From: Eledone cirrhosa
Taxonomy: Eukaryota
Length of the DNA stretch: 64,000 nt
Direction: 5' to 3'
Assembly (NCBI GenBank): GCA_964016885.1
Contig: OZ024741.1
Span: forward strand, 122,202,001-122,266,000
The translations under genes and the position numbers were made by a program. Below are positions 30,005 to 41,190 of the stretch, piece after piece. Every line of letters begins with the position of its first letter. The first letter of the stretch is position 1. The notes below the pieces were generated by a model, which saw only the letters and a list, made by a program, of their open reading frames with translations, was not told the origin of the DNA and searched no databases.

Positions 30005-32545
30005 CTAACAGCGCTGCGATCGAATGTGGATTTTTAGCCCAGCCAATGATCTAAAATGTCTTGCACAGAGTCGGCAACCAAAACATTCACTGGGAATAGT
30101 CGGCTGTGGTTGGAGTTCGTGTACTTTTGCATGTCGTTTGAGCCCTCCTGCTGATTTACATTCTCTACCACATGTTTGGCAAGCATGATGAGTAGCATCT
30201 CCAACAGCAGCCTGGTAGTCAACCATTGGTCTTACTTTATGACTGCGAAGATCACTTTCGAGTCCAGCCTTGCTTAGGCAGAGTCTCGCACATACGCTGC
30301 ATGTCAGCACCATAGGAGGACCCTCGCCGTCTGGAAGTGCAACAGCAATGCCCTTCCTCACATCCCGTTTTACTTTCTCGTATGCGATTCGAGATGCCTC
30401 AAAGGCAACTTTTCCTTCATATACAGTCTTTCTCCATGTATTACGATCAGCAGCAATATTCTCCCATGTATCAGCAGAGATGTTAGCGTCTTTCAGAGAG
30501 GCTTTCAAGGAATCATTATACCCCTTTTTTGGTTTATGTGGCGGTCGTTTTCCTTTAACCAACTCTCCATAAAAGAGTTGTTTTGGTATTCTAGAATCCT
30601 TCATCCTTGTAAGGTGACCACTCCAACGGAGTCGTTGCTTAAGCACAAGAGCTTCTATACTGTCACACATAGAGCTTTCCAAAATCTCGACATAACTGAT
30701 GTGGTCCCTCCAGTGAACGCCATGGATCCGTCTGAGACACATCTGATGGAAACGCTCCAATTGCTTAAGGTGGTGTCGATATGTGACCCAGGTCTCGCAG
30801 GCATAAAGAAGACAAGAGAGCACACATGCCCTGTACACCTTTACCTTTGTCCTCCTGCATATGTCTCGCCGACCCCAGAGTCGCCTTTCTAGCTTTCCGA
30901 AAGCATCACTTGCTTTCCTAATCCTAAGTGAGATTTCACTGTCAAGGTTGCTGTATCGATTGACAGTGCTTCCCATGTAGACAAACTGATCAACCCCACC
31001 AAGTCGTTTGCCATACACATAGATGTTTGGTTCAGTGTACTGCTTGCCAGGGGCAGGTTGGTACATGACGACGGTTTTCTTGAGACTGACAGTCAGACCT
31101 AGGGTAGTGCAAGCGTCAGAAAATGCATTCAAAATGTGCTGCATATAACTCTCTGTGTGCGCTACAAGATCGCAATCATCTGCATACAAGAGGTCTCTTA
31201 TGATTGATGTAAATACTTTTGTCTTCGCAGCAAAGCGCCTGATGTTAAATATGCTGCCTGAGGTTCGATATCGGATGTAAACACCATGCTCGCAATTCCT
31301 GAATGCAATACAGAAAACCATTGCAAAGTATATGGCAAACAGGGTCGGTGCTGGAATATCCCCCTGTTTAACTCCATTTTTTACTGAGATAGGCTCCGAC
31401 ATGTTACGCCCGAAATTAACCCAAGCCTTCACGTCGTCATGGAAAGACCTAACTAAAGCAAGGAACTTATCAGGGCAACCAAGTTTCTGGAGAAACTTCC
31501 ATAATGCATCCCTGTTAACAGTATCGAAAGCTTTTGTCAGATCGACAAAAACCTGATACAGATCCAAGCCTTGTTCCATGCACTTCTCCTGGAGCTGTCT
31601 AGCTGAGAAGATCATATCAGTAGTGCCGCGTCCAGCACGAAAATCAGATTGACTTTCAGGAAGAACACAATCTGCAATGTGTGTCAGCAGACGGTCCAGA
31701 AGCACCCTACATAAAACTTTCCCTACGACAGAAAGCAATGATATACCTCTGTAGTTCCCACAATCGTTCCTGTTACCCTTTCCCTTGTACAAGACCACCA
31801 TTACTGCATCTCTCCAGTCCTCAGGTACGGATTCATTAGCCCAGATCCTGCCAAACAAAGAGTCAAGATGTTGCAGGAGTCTCTCACCACCATATTGTAG
31901 GAGCTCAGCATGTATGCCATCCATACCTGCAGATCTTTCACTGTTCAGCTTCGAAATAGCCACTGCAACCTCCACAAGCGTCGGAGGTTCTGCGAGAGCT
32001 ACTTTCACAGGACTTTCTGGCATGAGATTGAGGAAATCTTCACTGACGACAGACGGCTGATTCAAAAGATCATCAAAGTGCGCTCGCAGTAGAATTCCTT
32101 GTGAGTCACGAAGAAGTTCTTTGCCATCCTTGCTGCGAAGCGGTGTCACCAGAGAAGAAGACGGTCCATAAACCTCACGCAAGAGACTGTACAACAGCTT
32201 TGTGTTATTGGAATAAGACGTAGTTTGTATCTCACCAGCCTTCTCACTCCACCACTGATCCTTCATCTGAGAAAGACTCCGCCTAACACGTGATTTTACA
32301 TCCCTGAGTTCCTCATGCAACGTATTCCTCTCCTGTGGTTTTGCCGTCAAGTAGCGTGACAGAGCACGCCTCTTATCAGCCAACAAGTCTTCTATATGTA
32401 CATCATTCTCATCAAACCAGTCCTGATGTTTTCTCTGCGCCAATCCGAGAACACGCCTGCCTACATCATAAACCGACTTTTTAAGGGTCGGCCAATCCTC
32501 ACCAAGATCTGCAGCCTGCATCTCTTCTTCCAATGTCCTCTTCAC
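30005..32545 (-). CDS. RTE ORF, RT part (846 aa open) with C-terminal C2H2 zinc fingers
   Basis: NYRGISLLS, FVDLTKAFD, GVKQGD, LLYADD, CSVC..., CQTC..HAKVH, CRLC..HIRSQRC. Confidence 0.92.
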   Translation of the reverse strand: MKRTLEEEMQAADLGEDWPTLKKSVYDVGRRVLGLAQRKHQDWFDENDVHIEDLLADKRRALSRYLTAKPQERNTLHEELRDVKSRVRRSLSQMKDQWWSEKAGEIQTTSYSNNTKLLYSLLREVYGPSSSLVTPLRSKDGKELLRDSQGILLRAHFDDLLNQPSVVSEDFLNLMPESPVKVALAEPPTLVEVAVAISKLNSERSAGMDGIHAELLQYGGERLLQHLDSLFGRIWANESVPEDWRDAVMVVLYKGKGNRNDCGNYRGISLLSVVGKVLCRVLLDRLLTHIADCVLPESQSDFRAGRGTTDMIFSARQLQEKCMEQGLDLYQVFVDLTKAFDTVNRDALWKFLQKLGCPDKFLALVRSFHDDVKAWVNFGRNMSEPISVKNGVKQGDIPAPTLFAIYFAMVFCIAFRNCEHGVYIRYRTSGSIFNIRRFAAKTKVFTSIIRDLLYADDCDLVAHTESYMQHILNAFSDACTTLGLTVSLKKTVVMYQPAPGKQYTEPNIYVYGKRLGGVDQFVYMGSTVNRYSNLDSEISLRIRKASDAFGKLERRLWGRRDICRRTKVKVYRACVLSCLLYACETWVTYRHHLKQLERFHQMCLRRIHGVHWRDHISYVEILESSMCDSIEALVLKQRLRWSGHLTRMKDSRIPKQLFYGELVKGKRPPHKPKKGYNDSLKASLKDANISADTWENIAADRNTWRKTVYEGKVAFEASRIAYEKVKRDVRKGIAVALPDGEGPPMVLTCSVCARLCLSKAGLESDLRSHKVRPMVDYQAAVGDATHHACQTCGRECKSAGGLKRHAKVHELQPQPTIPSECFGCRLCARHFRSLAGLKIHIRSQRC

Positions 32546-33395
32546 ATTTTATCCTTAAGACGAGCAGCATTCAATCTTTTGGGCAGGGCAACACCACGAG
32601 CCCGGATTTTACGTTTAGTGATTAGTTTCACTTTTGCGCGTACCAGGCGGTGGTCCGTCCAGCACTCAGCTCCACGAAGAAGACGAACACACTGCACATC
32701 CTGTCTGTCACGCATCCTGACTAGGACGTAGTCCAAAAGATGCCATTCCTTAGATGCAGGATGCATCCATGTGGTCTTGAATTTGTTCTTTTGTTGGAAC
32801 ATGGTGTTGGTAACACACAGATCCAGCTCCTCACACATCTGCAGCAGGAGCATACCATTGCTGTTACACTTTCCCACCCCATGCCTTCCGATTACATTCC
32901 ATGTGTTAAAATCCCTACCCACTCTAGCATTAAAGTCACCAAGCACGATGACTTTGTCTGCCTGAGGGATATTTCTTAAAACACCTTTCAAGGCACGGTA
33001 AAAGGAAACCTGTTCCTCATCGACAGAACTCATAGTTGGAGCATACACACTCACCAGGGTAGCATATACTCCCTTGTCCAGCGGAACTCTCATGGACATA
33101 AGACGCTCACTAATCCCTACTGGGAATTCCTCTAATTTGTTCACAAGCACAGTCTTAACAGCAAATCCTACCCCAGTCTCTCTTCTGGTTCCGCCATCTC
33201 TTCCTTTCCAGAAGAATGTATATTCTCCACAAAATTCCGTAAGATGACCATCTCCAGCTAGCCTCGTCTCAGATAAAGCCACGATGTCAAGATCGTAACG
33301 TCGAAGCTCCTTTGCAACAAGAGCGGTCCTTCGTTCAGGACGCCCCAAGGAATCCCTGTCAAGCAGCGTCCGTACGTTCCAGCAGCCAAGACTAA
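32542..33395 (-). CDS. RTE ORF, APE endonuclease part (open frame starts FSLGCWNVRTLLD, no ATG)
   Basis: WNVRTL, LSETR, VYAPT, LGDFNARVG, LDYV, WTDH motifs. Confidence 0.9.
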
Positions 33396-33555
33396 ATGGA
33401 GGGCCGTGACTCTATGCTGTAAAGTGGAGGGCCGTGACTCTATGCTGTAAAGCAATTATAATAATACTGGACTGTAGTACGATCGGCTTCAACTATACAA
33501 ACTCTTGAAAGTCAACAGTTGACATAATCTTGTAATCTTGTATCAGTAATGACGG

Positions 33556-33611
<56 letters not shown>

Positions 33612-33851
33612 AAGTGAGTAGAGTAGCGTGTGTGTGTTTGTGTGTATGTATGAGTGTTGCTGTGTGCGCGCATATGTATGCGCGTGTGTGTATGTCGTAC
33701 GTATAAGTGACATACATACATACATACATACATACATACATACATACATACATACATACATACATACATACATACATACATGAATACATACACACACATG
33801 CATATACAATCCATGCGATACTGGATGCCGTTAGATGAACATTTAGCTTAG

Positions 33852-33940
33852 TTAATCTGATGAGCAGATAAATGGTGGGGTCTAGTCTATAACACAAATA
33901 TGGTCCTTGGCCCTATCATATGTGAAACGTATGTAATTTA
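33852..33940 (+). ncRNA. Candidate type I hammerhead with a long stem II insert
   Basis: ttaat-CTGATGA-gcagat..(48 nt)..atatgt-GAAA-cgtatg-TA-attta. Confidence 0.5.
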
Positions 33941-33997
33941 TCGATAATCAATAGAAACATCCATGTGAAACTTCGTCTTGTAATACTTAATTTAATA

Positions 33998-34083
<86 letters not shown>

Positions 34084-34113
34084 ATCACATGAATGTCTAT
34101 TAATATTTTGAAG

Positions 34114-34145
<32 letters not shown>

Positions 34146-34305
34146 CTATAATGTATGTCGATAGAATCATTTGATAATATATATACACCATTTCCTCTCC
34201 CAATTAGCATAATTAACCACACAAAAATCATTTAGACCAGGCTATAAGATTAAAAGGCACCTATGAAGAAATAGTAGATAAATAAACGACAGCAATCTCT
34301 TCGCA

Positions 34306-34416
<111 letters not shown>

Positions 34417-34758
34417 CTTCAAAATATTAATAGACATTCATGTGATCAAATATATTTTATTATACATATTTCATATTATACATATTTCAACAGTGCGTCC
34501 TCATCATAAAATCTAGAATAAAATATATTTGGTTACATGAATGTTTATATTTATTAACTCCAGAACACTCCTACTGTAGACTGCTTATAATCTATTGCGA
34601 AACTTTATTCATTGATTAATTCATTGAACCTTATTAAAATTTTGATTATATATATATATATATATATTTATTTATTAAAATAACAGATTAAAGTTTAAGC
34701 AAAGAATCGCTGCTTTCACCCTTAACGGGATCTTTGGATTTTAGTCTTGAAATTTATT

Positions 34759-34824
<66 letters not shown>

Positions 34825-34939
34825 TATATATTAAATTAAGTATATATATATATATAAGTTATTCCGGGTTGAATCGGAGGTAACGACAGTAAGTAAGGTA
34901 CTCAATACATAGCAGAGTATAACAGTTTTAATATAGAAG

Positions 34940-34990
34940 AGCTTCTACAGGACTAGAACTGTTTCATTCGTGAGAAATCATCAGGAAGCT
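34940..34990 (-). ncRNA. Type I hammerhead ribozyme (family H2)
   Basis: Minus strand: agcttc-CTGATGA-tttc tcac gaat-GAAA-cag ttctagtc ctg-TA-gaagct. Confidence 0.85.
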
Positions 34991-35335
34991 GGCTGATCAA
35001 ATAAGTGGTAGTATTTATATCTTTCCTTTTCTGGTGGTAGGAGAGGGTGGGGGTTGGGATAGGTGGAGGTCATTGGTTGAAGGATTTAAAGAAAAGGGAG
35101 TTGTGTATGTGTAAATATATGTGTGTATACGTGTGTATATATGTGTGTACGTATGAATATATATATACGTGTGTGTATGTGCGTGTGTGTGCGTATATAT
35201 ATATATATATATGAATATATATGTATGTATATGTATGTGTATTTATATATATATATTTGTATATATATATATATATTTGTATATGTTTGTATATACATAT
35301 ATATTTGTATATATATGTGTGTGTATATGTATGTA

Positions 35336-35396
<61 letters not shown>

Positions 35397-35939
35397 GTGT
35401 ATATGCGTCTTTATGTACACATATATATGTATATGCGTATGTATATATTTATATATATGTATGTGTGTATGTACCATTATGTATGTTTGTTTTGTGTGTG
35501 CCTGCCTGTGTGTGCGTGTGTGTATGTGTGCGTACGTGTGTAAGTGGCCGCATCTATGAATGTGCTTGTCGACACCTGGAATATATACTAAATGAAACTT
35601 AACATTTGAATCTGTTGAAGGAACCCTTTCTACTTTGTCACCCTTATTTCAGACTTAAAGAATTAGCTTCTAAAGAATTTCCCTTTTCTTTAACCCCACC
35701 CATCCTGTAGATACCTTTCTTACAGGCATTGTTAGTCTAAGTCATAAACAAGGATTGGTATTCCAATTTTGAATTTTTTTACAGTATTTTTTCTGCCTTT
35801 AATAATTTAAAGAATTAGCTTTTAATGAACTCCCTTTTCTTTAAATCCTTAAACCGATGAACTCCACCCATCCCAACCCCCACCCTCTCCTACTATCAGA
35901 AAAGGAAAGATATAAATACTACGACTTATTTGGACAGCC

Positions 35940-35990
35940 AGGTTCTTGAAGATTTCTCACGAATGAAACAGTTCTAGTTCTGTAGAAGGT
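35940..35990 (+). ncRNA. Degenerate family H2 hammerhead
   Basis: aggttc-TTGAAGA-tttctcacgaat-GAAA-cagttctagttctg-TA-gaaggt (C3>U, weakened stem I). Confidence 0.6.
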
Positions 35991-36031
35991 CTTCTATATT
36001 AAAACTATATAATATATATAATATAAGAAAC

Positions 36032-36107
<76 letters not shown>

Positions 36108-36112
<5 letters not shown>

Positions 36113-36162
36113 AGTATGTATGTATACGTACATACATATATGTATACAGACGTACAGTAGCA

Positions 36163-36204
<42 letters not shown>

Positions 36205-36660
36205 CATATACATATACATATACACGCAGGTACACATACATATATGCACGCATCAGTTTAGCGGACGTTTATTATAACGCCGCTTTGTTCGTTTGTTTGT
36301 CAACAAACCGAACAGCCTGAATTTATGCCATACGGTGTTAAGGCAACCACGTCACCTTTTTGTTCAACACTGACACAGGAACGATGTACTAGTTTCAAGC
36401 TTGTTAGCTATCATCAGCACCGTTTACCCATCTGCCAGATAGTTGAACGTTCGAAAGTATATACTTTCCTTATGAAAATTAACGGCTGAGCAGCCTAATT
36501 TGCATATTGAGTGAGTTAAATCGGTCAGGCATACCGAAAACGATAAGTTGAAAAAAAAATGAAAACGAAATTTCATTTCTCACTCTTAGTATGGCACTTA
36601 CTTAAATGTAAGTATGTATGTATACGTACATACATATATGTATACAGACGTACAGTAGCA

Positions 36661-36730
<70 letters not shown>

Positions 36731-36792
36731 CATATACATATACATATACATATACACGCAGGTACACATACATATATGCACGCATCAGTTTA
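36108..36792. mobile_element. 345-bp hammerhead-containing insert (36261-36605) flanked by long direct repeats
   Basis: 36108-36260 is repeated at 36606-36792, differing mainly in (TA)n length. Confidence 0.8.
36381..36423 (-). ncRNA. Minimal type I hammerhead ribozyme (family H3)
   Basis: Minus strand: acggtg-CTGATGA-t agct aaca agct t-GAAA-ctag-TA-catcgt. Confidence 0.85.
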
Positions 36793-36803
36793 TATGTGTG
36801 TAC

Positions 36804-36877
<74 letters not shown>

Positions 36878-36931
36878 CGTTTCTGAATTTGTTTAGCAAG
36901 ATTCTTTATCTGAAAACGTGTGTTGAAACCG

Positions 36932-37073
36932 ATATTGTTATACTTTGGGAGGGTCATGTTGCCAATAAGAAACACACGCACCAGTTGCATTCACTTCAAT
37001 TTATTATAATAAATTGAAGTGAAAGCAACTGGTGCGTGTGTTTCTTATTGGCAACATGACCCTCCAAAAGTAT

Positions 37074-37081
<8 letters not shown>
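36932..37081. repeat. About 150-bp near-perfect palindrome of a dispersed repeat family
   Basis: Centre ttatta|taataa at 37006/37007; related arms at about 12285, 12750-12830, 39545-39635 and 55600-55680. Confidence 0.9.
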
Positions 37082-37125
<44 letters not shown>

Positions 37126-37129
<4 letters not shown>

Positions 37130-37520
37130 ATATTAAATAAATGGAAACTATATTTATAAAAACATATTTATTCTATTATATATATTTCAAGTGTACCAAC
37201 ACTTACAAAAATACAAAGTTTGTTTTATAAATATTGACATTACCAGGAATAGGATCTTAACGGTTCAAGTTATTCCTGGAATAACTTGAACCGTTAAGAT
37301 CCAATTCCTGGTTATGTCAATATTTATAAAACAAACTTTGTATTTTATCTGAAGAGAATGTACCAAAGTTTTGGTACCCTTGAAATATATATAATAGAAT
37401 AAATATGGTTTCATAAATATAGTTTCCATTTATTTAATATCATTGAATATTATACTCCAGAAATCTTGTTGAGAGCTTTGAATCAGTTATAAACATTTAT
37501 ATTTGTTGAATTACCAACAA
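37126..37520. mobile_element. Fold-back pLTR pair (family H1)
   Basis: Arms symmetric about ttcc-t-ggaa at about 37277; the left arm has a deletion of the ribozyme core; (TA)n on both sides. Confidence 0.85.
37341..37401 (+). ncRNA. Type I hammerhead ribozyme (family H1)
   Basis: tattttat-CTGAAGA-gaat gtaccaaa gt tttggtac cctt-GAAA-tatata-TA-atagaata. Confidence 0.8.
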
Positions 37521-37621
37521 ATTAAATATCCATTTTGCCTATATATATATATATATATATTAGAAAGTGAGGTTTTTTTTACAAAATGAAAAATAACCGA
37601 GGTGTCCTACACGAGTGAAAG

Positions 37622-37912
37622 TATAAAGAAAAAGAGATGAAATCGAAAATGCAACTGAAGTCTTATTTTTTTTTTAAATATATATATTTATTTGGTTCCT
37701 TTACCGGTTTCGCAGTTCTTCTGCTTTTCGAAAGGTGAGTTGAGATGGAGGGTCTGTGGTTTTTCTCACAAAAACCACAGACCCTCCATCTCAACTCACC
37801 TTTCGAAAAGCAGAAGAACTGCGAAACCGGTAAAGGAACCAAATAAATATATATATTTAAAAAAAAAATAAGACTTCAGTTGCATTTTCGATTTCATCTC
37901 TTTTTCTTTATA
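37622..37912. repeat. About 291-bp essentially perfect palindrome with a 5-nt loop (ctcac)
   Basis: Arms match by eye, including T10/A10 runs; abuts (TA)n. Confidence 0.95.
37799..37836 (+). ncRNA. Minimal hammerhead variant with U3-A8 core (family H4); mirror copy at 37698-37735 (-)
   Basis: cctt-TCGAAAA-gcag aagaa ctgc-GAAA-ccgg-TA-aagg. Confidence 0.65.
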
Positions 37913-37913
37913 T

Positions 37914-37957
<44 letters not shown>

Positions 37958-37961
<4 letters not shown>

Positions 37962-38357
37962 GTTTCTTATACAGGCACAAGGCCAACAATTTTGGGGAGG
38001 GGCAAGTGTCGATTAAATCGACCCAGTGCGTGACTGGTACTTTATTTTATCGACCCCATAAGGATGAAAGGCAAAGTTAACCTCGACGGGATTTGATCTC
38101 AGACCGTAAAGGGACGTAACTATGCTAGAAAGCATGGCATCCAACCCTCTACCGATACTGCCAAATAATAATAATAATAATAATAATTTCTAGCATAGGC
38201 ACAAGGCCAGTAATTTGGGGGGAAGGGAAAGTCGATTAAATCTACCCCAATACGTTACTGGTGCTTTATTGTGTCGACCTCGTAAGGATGAAAGGCAGAG
38301 TTAACCTCGCCGGGATTTGAACTCAAACTGTAAAGGGCCGTAACTCTATGCTGCAAA
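37958..38357 (-). mobile_element. Two tandem SINE family A copies
   Basis: 37958-38165 and 38185-38357 match the family consensus. Confidence 0.85.
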
Positions 38358-38359
38358 GA

Positions 38360-39320
38360 TAATAATAATAATAATGCTTTCTTCATTAACCACAAGGGTT
38401 GACGCAAAGTATAACGTTAAGGACAGCACAGGACAGTACAGGACGGTACAAATTGACATTTCTTCGTGTAAAAAAAAACAAAAAAAAAAATTATATCTAT
38501 AAAAAAAAAGAAACAAGGAAAAATTCCCTAATAGGTGGGGGAGAGACTTCCGAGGGTCACTCATAGAGTAAGCCCACAAAAAAGCCATGGTTACCCTCAC
38601 CGCTGGGGCAAGCGCCCTCTTCCAGTCTTCCTCCTACGATGCTACAGGCACACGCTCAAGGCAGGCCCATTCACACAGGCCATTCTTGCCTCTTACCCAC
38701 CTTTCAACAAACTGGCTGGAAGGTGACACTTCCCTCTCCACCCTGATTTTCCTTTCCAGGTGAAACCTGAAAAAGTTAAGGAGGGCGTCACCGAAGAGGA
38801 AAGTGCCCGCCTTCAATCCTTCTGACGCATCCCCCATGCGACCACTTTTACCATGGCCACCAGGCAGATACAACCTGCCTGCCCCTCCTGGTTAAAGGAG
38901 GGCGGCGGGGTAATCTTCACGATGGACGTAGCTGATATGCGGATCAGTCCTACACGTGACAGCAGATGTTCGACATAAACCCACATGTCTGCAATGCTCG
39001 GACACTGGACGAGTGCGTGCAGGACGGTTTCGTCGCCCTGTGCGCATCTCGGACAGACCCTGTTGACGGCACCTCCATGCCTGTAGAGTTTATCCAAACT
39101 GGCAAAGCTCCTCAGTAGCACTGCCAGGCCAGGGATTTCTGGAAGTTGTCCGTGGGCCCCGGCTTGAAAGTTCTTCCGAAGAGATTAGCTAGTTGATTTT
39201 CGTCGACGCCCTGAGTCTCCCAAAGACGTCGTCGCTGTTTCCCTCCACTAACCCTCTATAGAACGCCAAGGTGGAGTTTCCACCGATCGTATCGCCCGAC
39301 TGTTCGCGGGCTGTAAGCGC
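38360..39320 (-). mobile_element. 3' fragment of a Tx1/L1-clade LINE
   Basis: zf-RVT-like DKLYRHG..CPRCAQGDETVLHALVQC; FHLERKIRVER; (ATT)n tail. Confidence 0.75.
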
Positions 39321-40015
39321 CTAAAGACTAATAATATGAACGAGGTATCAAATTTTCATTACACCTCAATAAATCTAATGAAAATTTGGCACCTCCTCCC
39401 TATTATTATTATTATTATTATTACACTCTGCTTAGTTCAACCCCAAAATCATACTGGAGACTACGCAACGAGTGTTTACTTTGGTGAACCTACAGGAACC
39501 TGAGGTTACAATTCCTAAACTATATATATATTTTTATATATATAACTTGTTATATTTGGGGATGGTAATGTTGCCAATATTGTTAATAAAATCTCACGCA
39601 CGAATGCACATCAAGAATCTTGCAAAACAAATACAAGTAAGTAACATGAGATTCCACCAGCTGAAAGCTTGACACAGTATCTCTCTCTAGCCTACCCATT
39701 TGATAAAATAGATCTAAATGTTGGATCACTAACAATCTCTCACATGTTCACTGGTCTTTCACGCACACACATAACCACCAACATCAAAACATCTGTTACA
39801 AGCATGTGTAAAACATATCCCATCATAATCTGCGAACAAAACAAAAAATGGAAAACTGTTATCTGAAAAATAAAAAGAACAAACAAAAAGAATCAACATA
39901 CTAAATTATTGCCGGTAACAACACACGCATTCGAGTGCTATTACACTGATCGAATCCAAAAATGCATGAAGACCACCATCAATAACCGAAGAACAGTTGA
40001 GGAGAAATGGGCTTC

Positions 40016-41190
40016 TTTTTTTTTTTCTTTTTTTTTTTTCTTCTTCTTCTTCTTCTTCTTCTTCTTCTTCTTCTTCTTCTTCTTCTTCTTCTTCTTCTTC
40101 TTCTTCTTCTTCTTCTTCTTCTTCTTCTTCTTCTTCTTCTTCTTCTTCTATCACTTATTCCTGAGAGGGTCGTTGGGCCGAGCCCTCAAACACTCATTCC
40201 ATCGGGTCATATCAAAAGCAACCGACTCCAACTGATCCAGGTGGATCTCCAAACGAGACCAGACAAGCTTATGGATGTTATCCAACCATCTTGTTCGGAG
40301 TCTATCCCTGGCTCTCCTATCGATCGGCTTTGCCCGTAAAATCTGTCCAGTGATTCGTTTCTGAGACATTCTAACCACATGCCCATATTAACGGAACTGT
40401 GATTTCTCAATTAGGAAAACTAGTTGCTCTACCTGGAGTGATCCTCTGATCTCCGAGCTACGCACTCTATCGAATAACGTTACTTCAAAGACCTTTCGGA
40501 GGAGCCCCATTTCAGCCGCTTGAATCGAACTAAGGGTTGATACGAATACCTCCCTTCTTTTGATTACCGAATTCTGAAGCTGGTACATTACTGCACCAGC
40601 TCCTGCAATTCTTGCACTTAATTCAGCCTCCTGCCTTTCGTCACTCGCGAACACGACCAAAACATACTTGAATTTCTCCACCTGCTTCATTGGTACTCCA
40701 TTCACATGTAGAGTGCACTGCATAGGCGTTCAAAGTTAAGACATGGAAAGGCTTTTGGTTATGCTGGAATCCGACTTCAGATCAGCAAATAAAGTGTTCT
40801 GGCAGACCATCCGTCGAATTTGTGATAAGAAGTCCCCCCCCCCCCCCCTCCCAACGCCTGCTCTCAGGAACGCGTCTGGTGCTCTCCTCTCTTTCTCCTA
40901 AAACCGATCACAACAGCATCTTCTGATGTACATGATGTTCATCAGGAAGCAGTGACTAATATCTCGGATGCTGAAGTCACAAGAGCAGTTAAAGAGCTCC
41001 TTGAAAGGACGAGTATCTCAGTTTCCGCAGCACTAATTTTTATTCCAGCCATGAAGCACCCGGCATCAATCCTATCAGGTGCAAGTCAGAGACCACCTTT
41101 TGTCGGGTTAAGTAACACCATGTCGTCTGCAAATTCCATTCGGCCAATACGAAGTTTATGTAGGACATTCAAGGATGTTGATGAGTAGGT
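40016..41190 (-). mobile_element. RTE-type LINE 3' portion with (GAA)n tail and an internal inverted segment
   Basis: Minus strand: EFADDMVL (about 41110-41140), QVEKFKY, IQAAEMGLLR, GHVVRM, TRWLD; (TTC)n at 40038-40149; plus-strand piece at 40724-41000. Confidence 0.8.

Larger units (their letters stand above)
29674..33395 (-). mobile_element. RTE-clade LINE, nearly intact, antisense in the LRP intron
   Basis: APE + RT + three C2H2 fingers; one frameshift near 32543; 3' UTR apparently split by a microsatellite at 29718-29996. Confidence 0.93.
34858..36005. mobile_element. Inverted pair of family H2 repeats separated by an expanded TA/TG microsatellite
   Basis: 34925-35102 is the reverse complement of about 35827-36005. 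Confidence 0.8.

Noticed and set aside
34453-34512. H1b hammerhead remnant on the minus strand
   Set aside because: Core truncated and stem II deleted or duplicated; counted only as a decayed relic
36905-36940. ctgaaaa-cgtgtgtt-gaaa-ccgata as a hammerhead
   Set aside because: Stems I and II are unconvincing and the motif is not conserved in the 12800 copy
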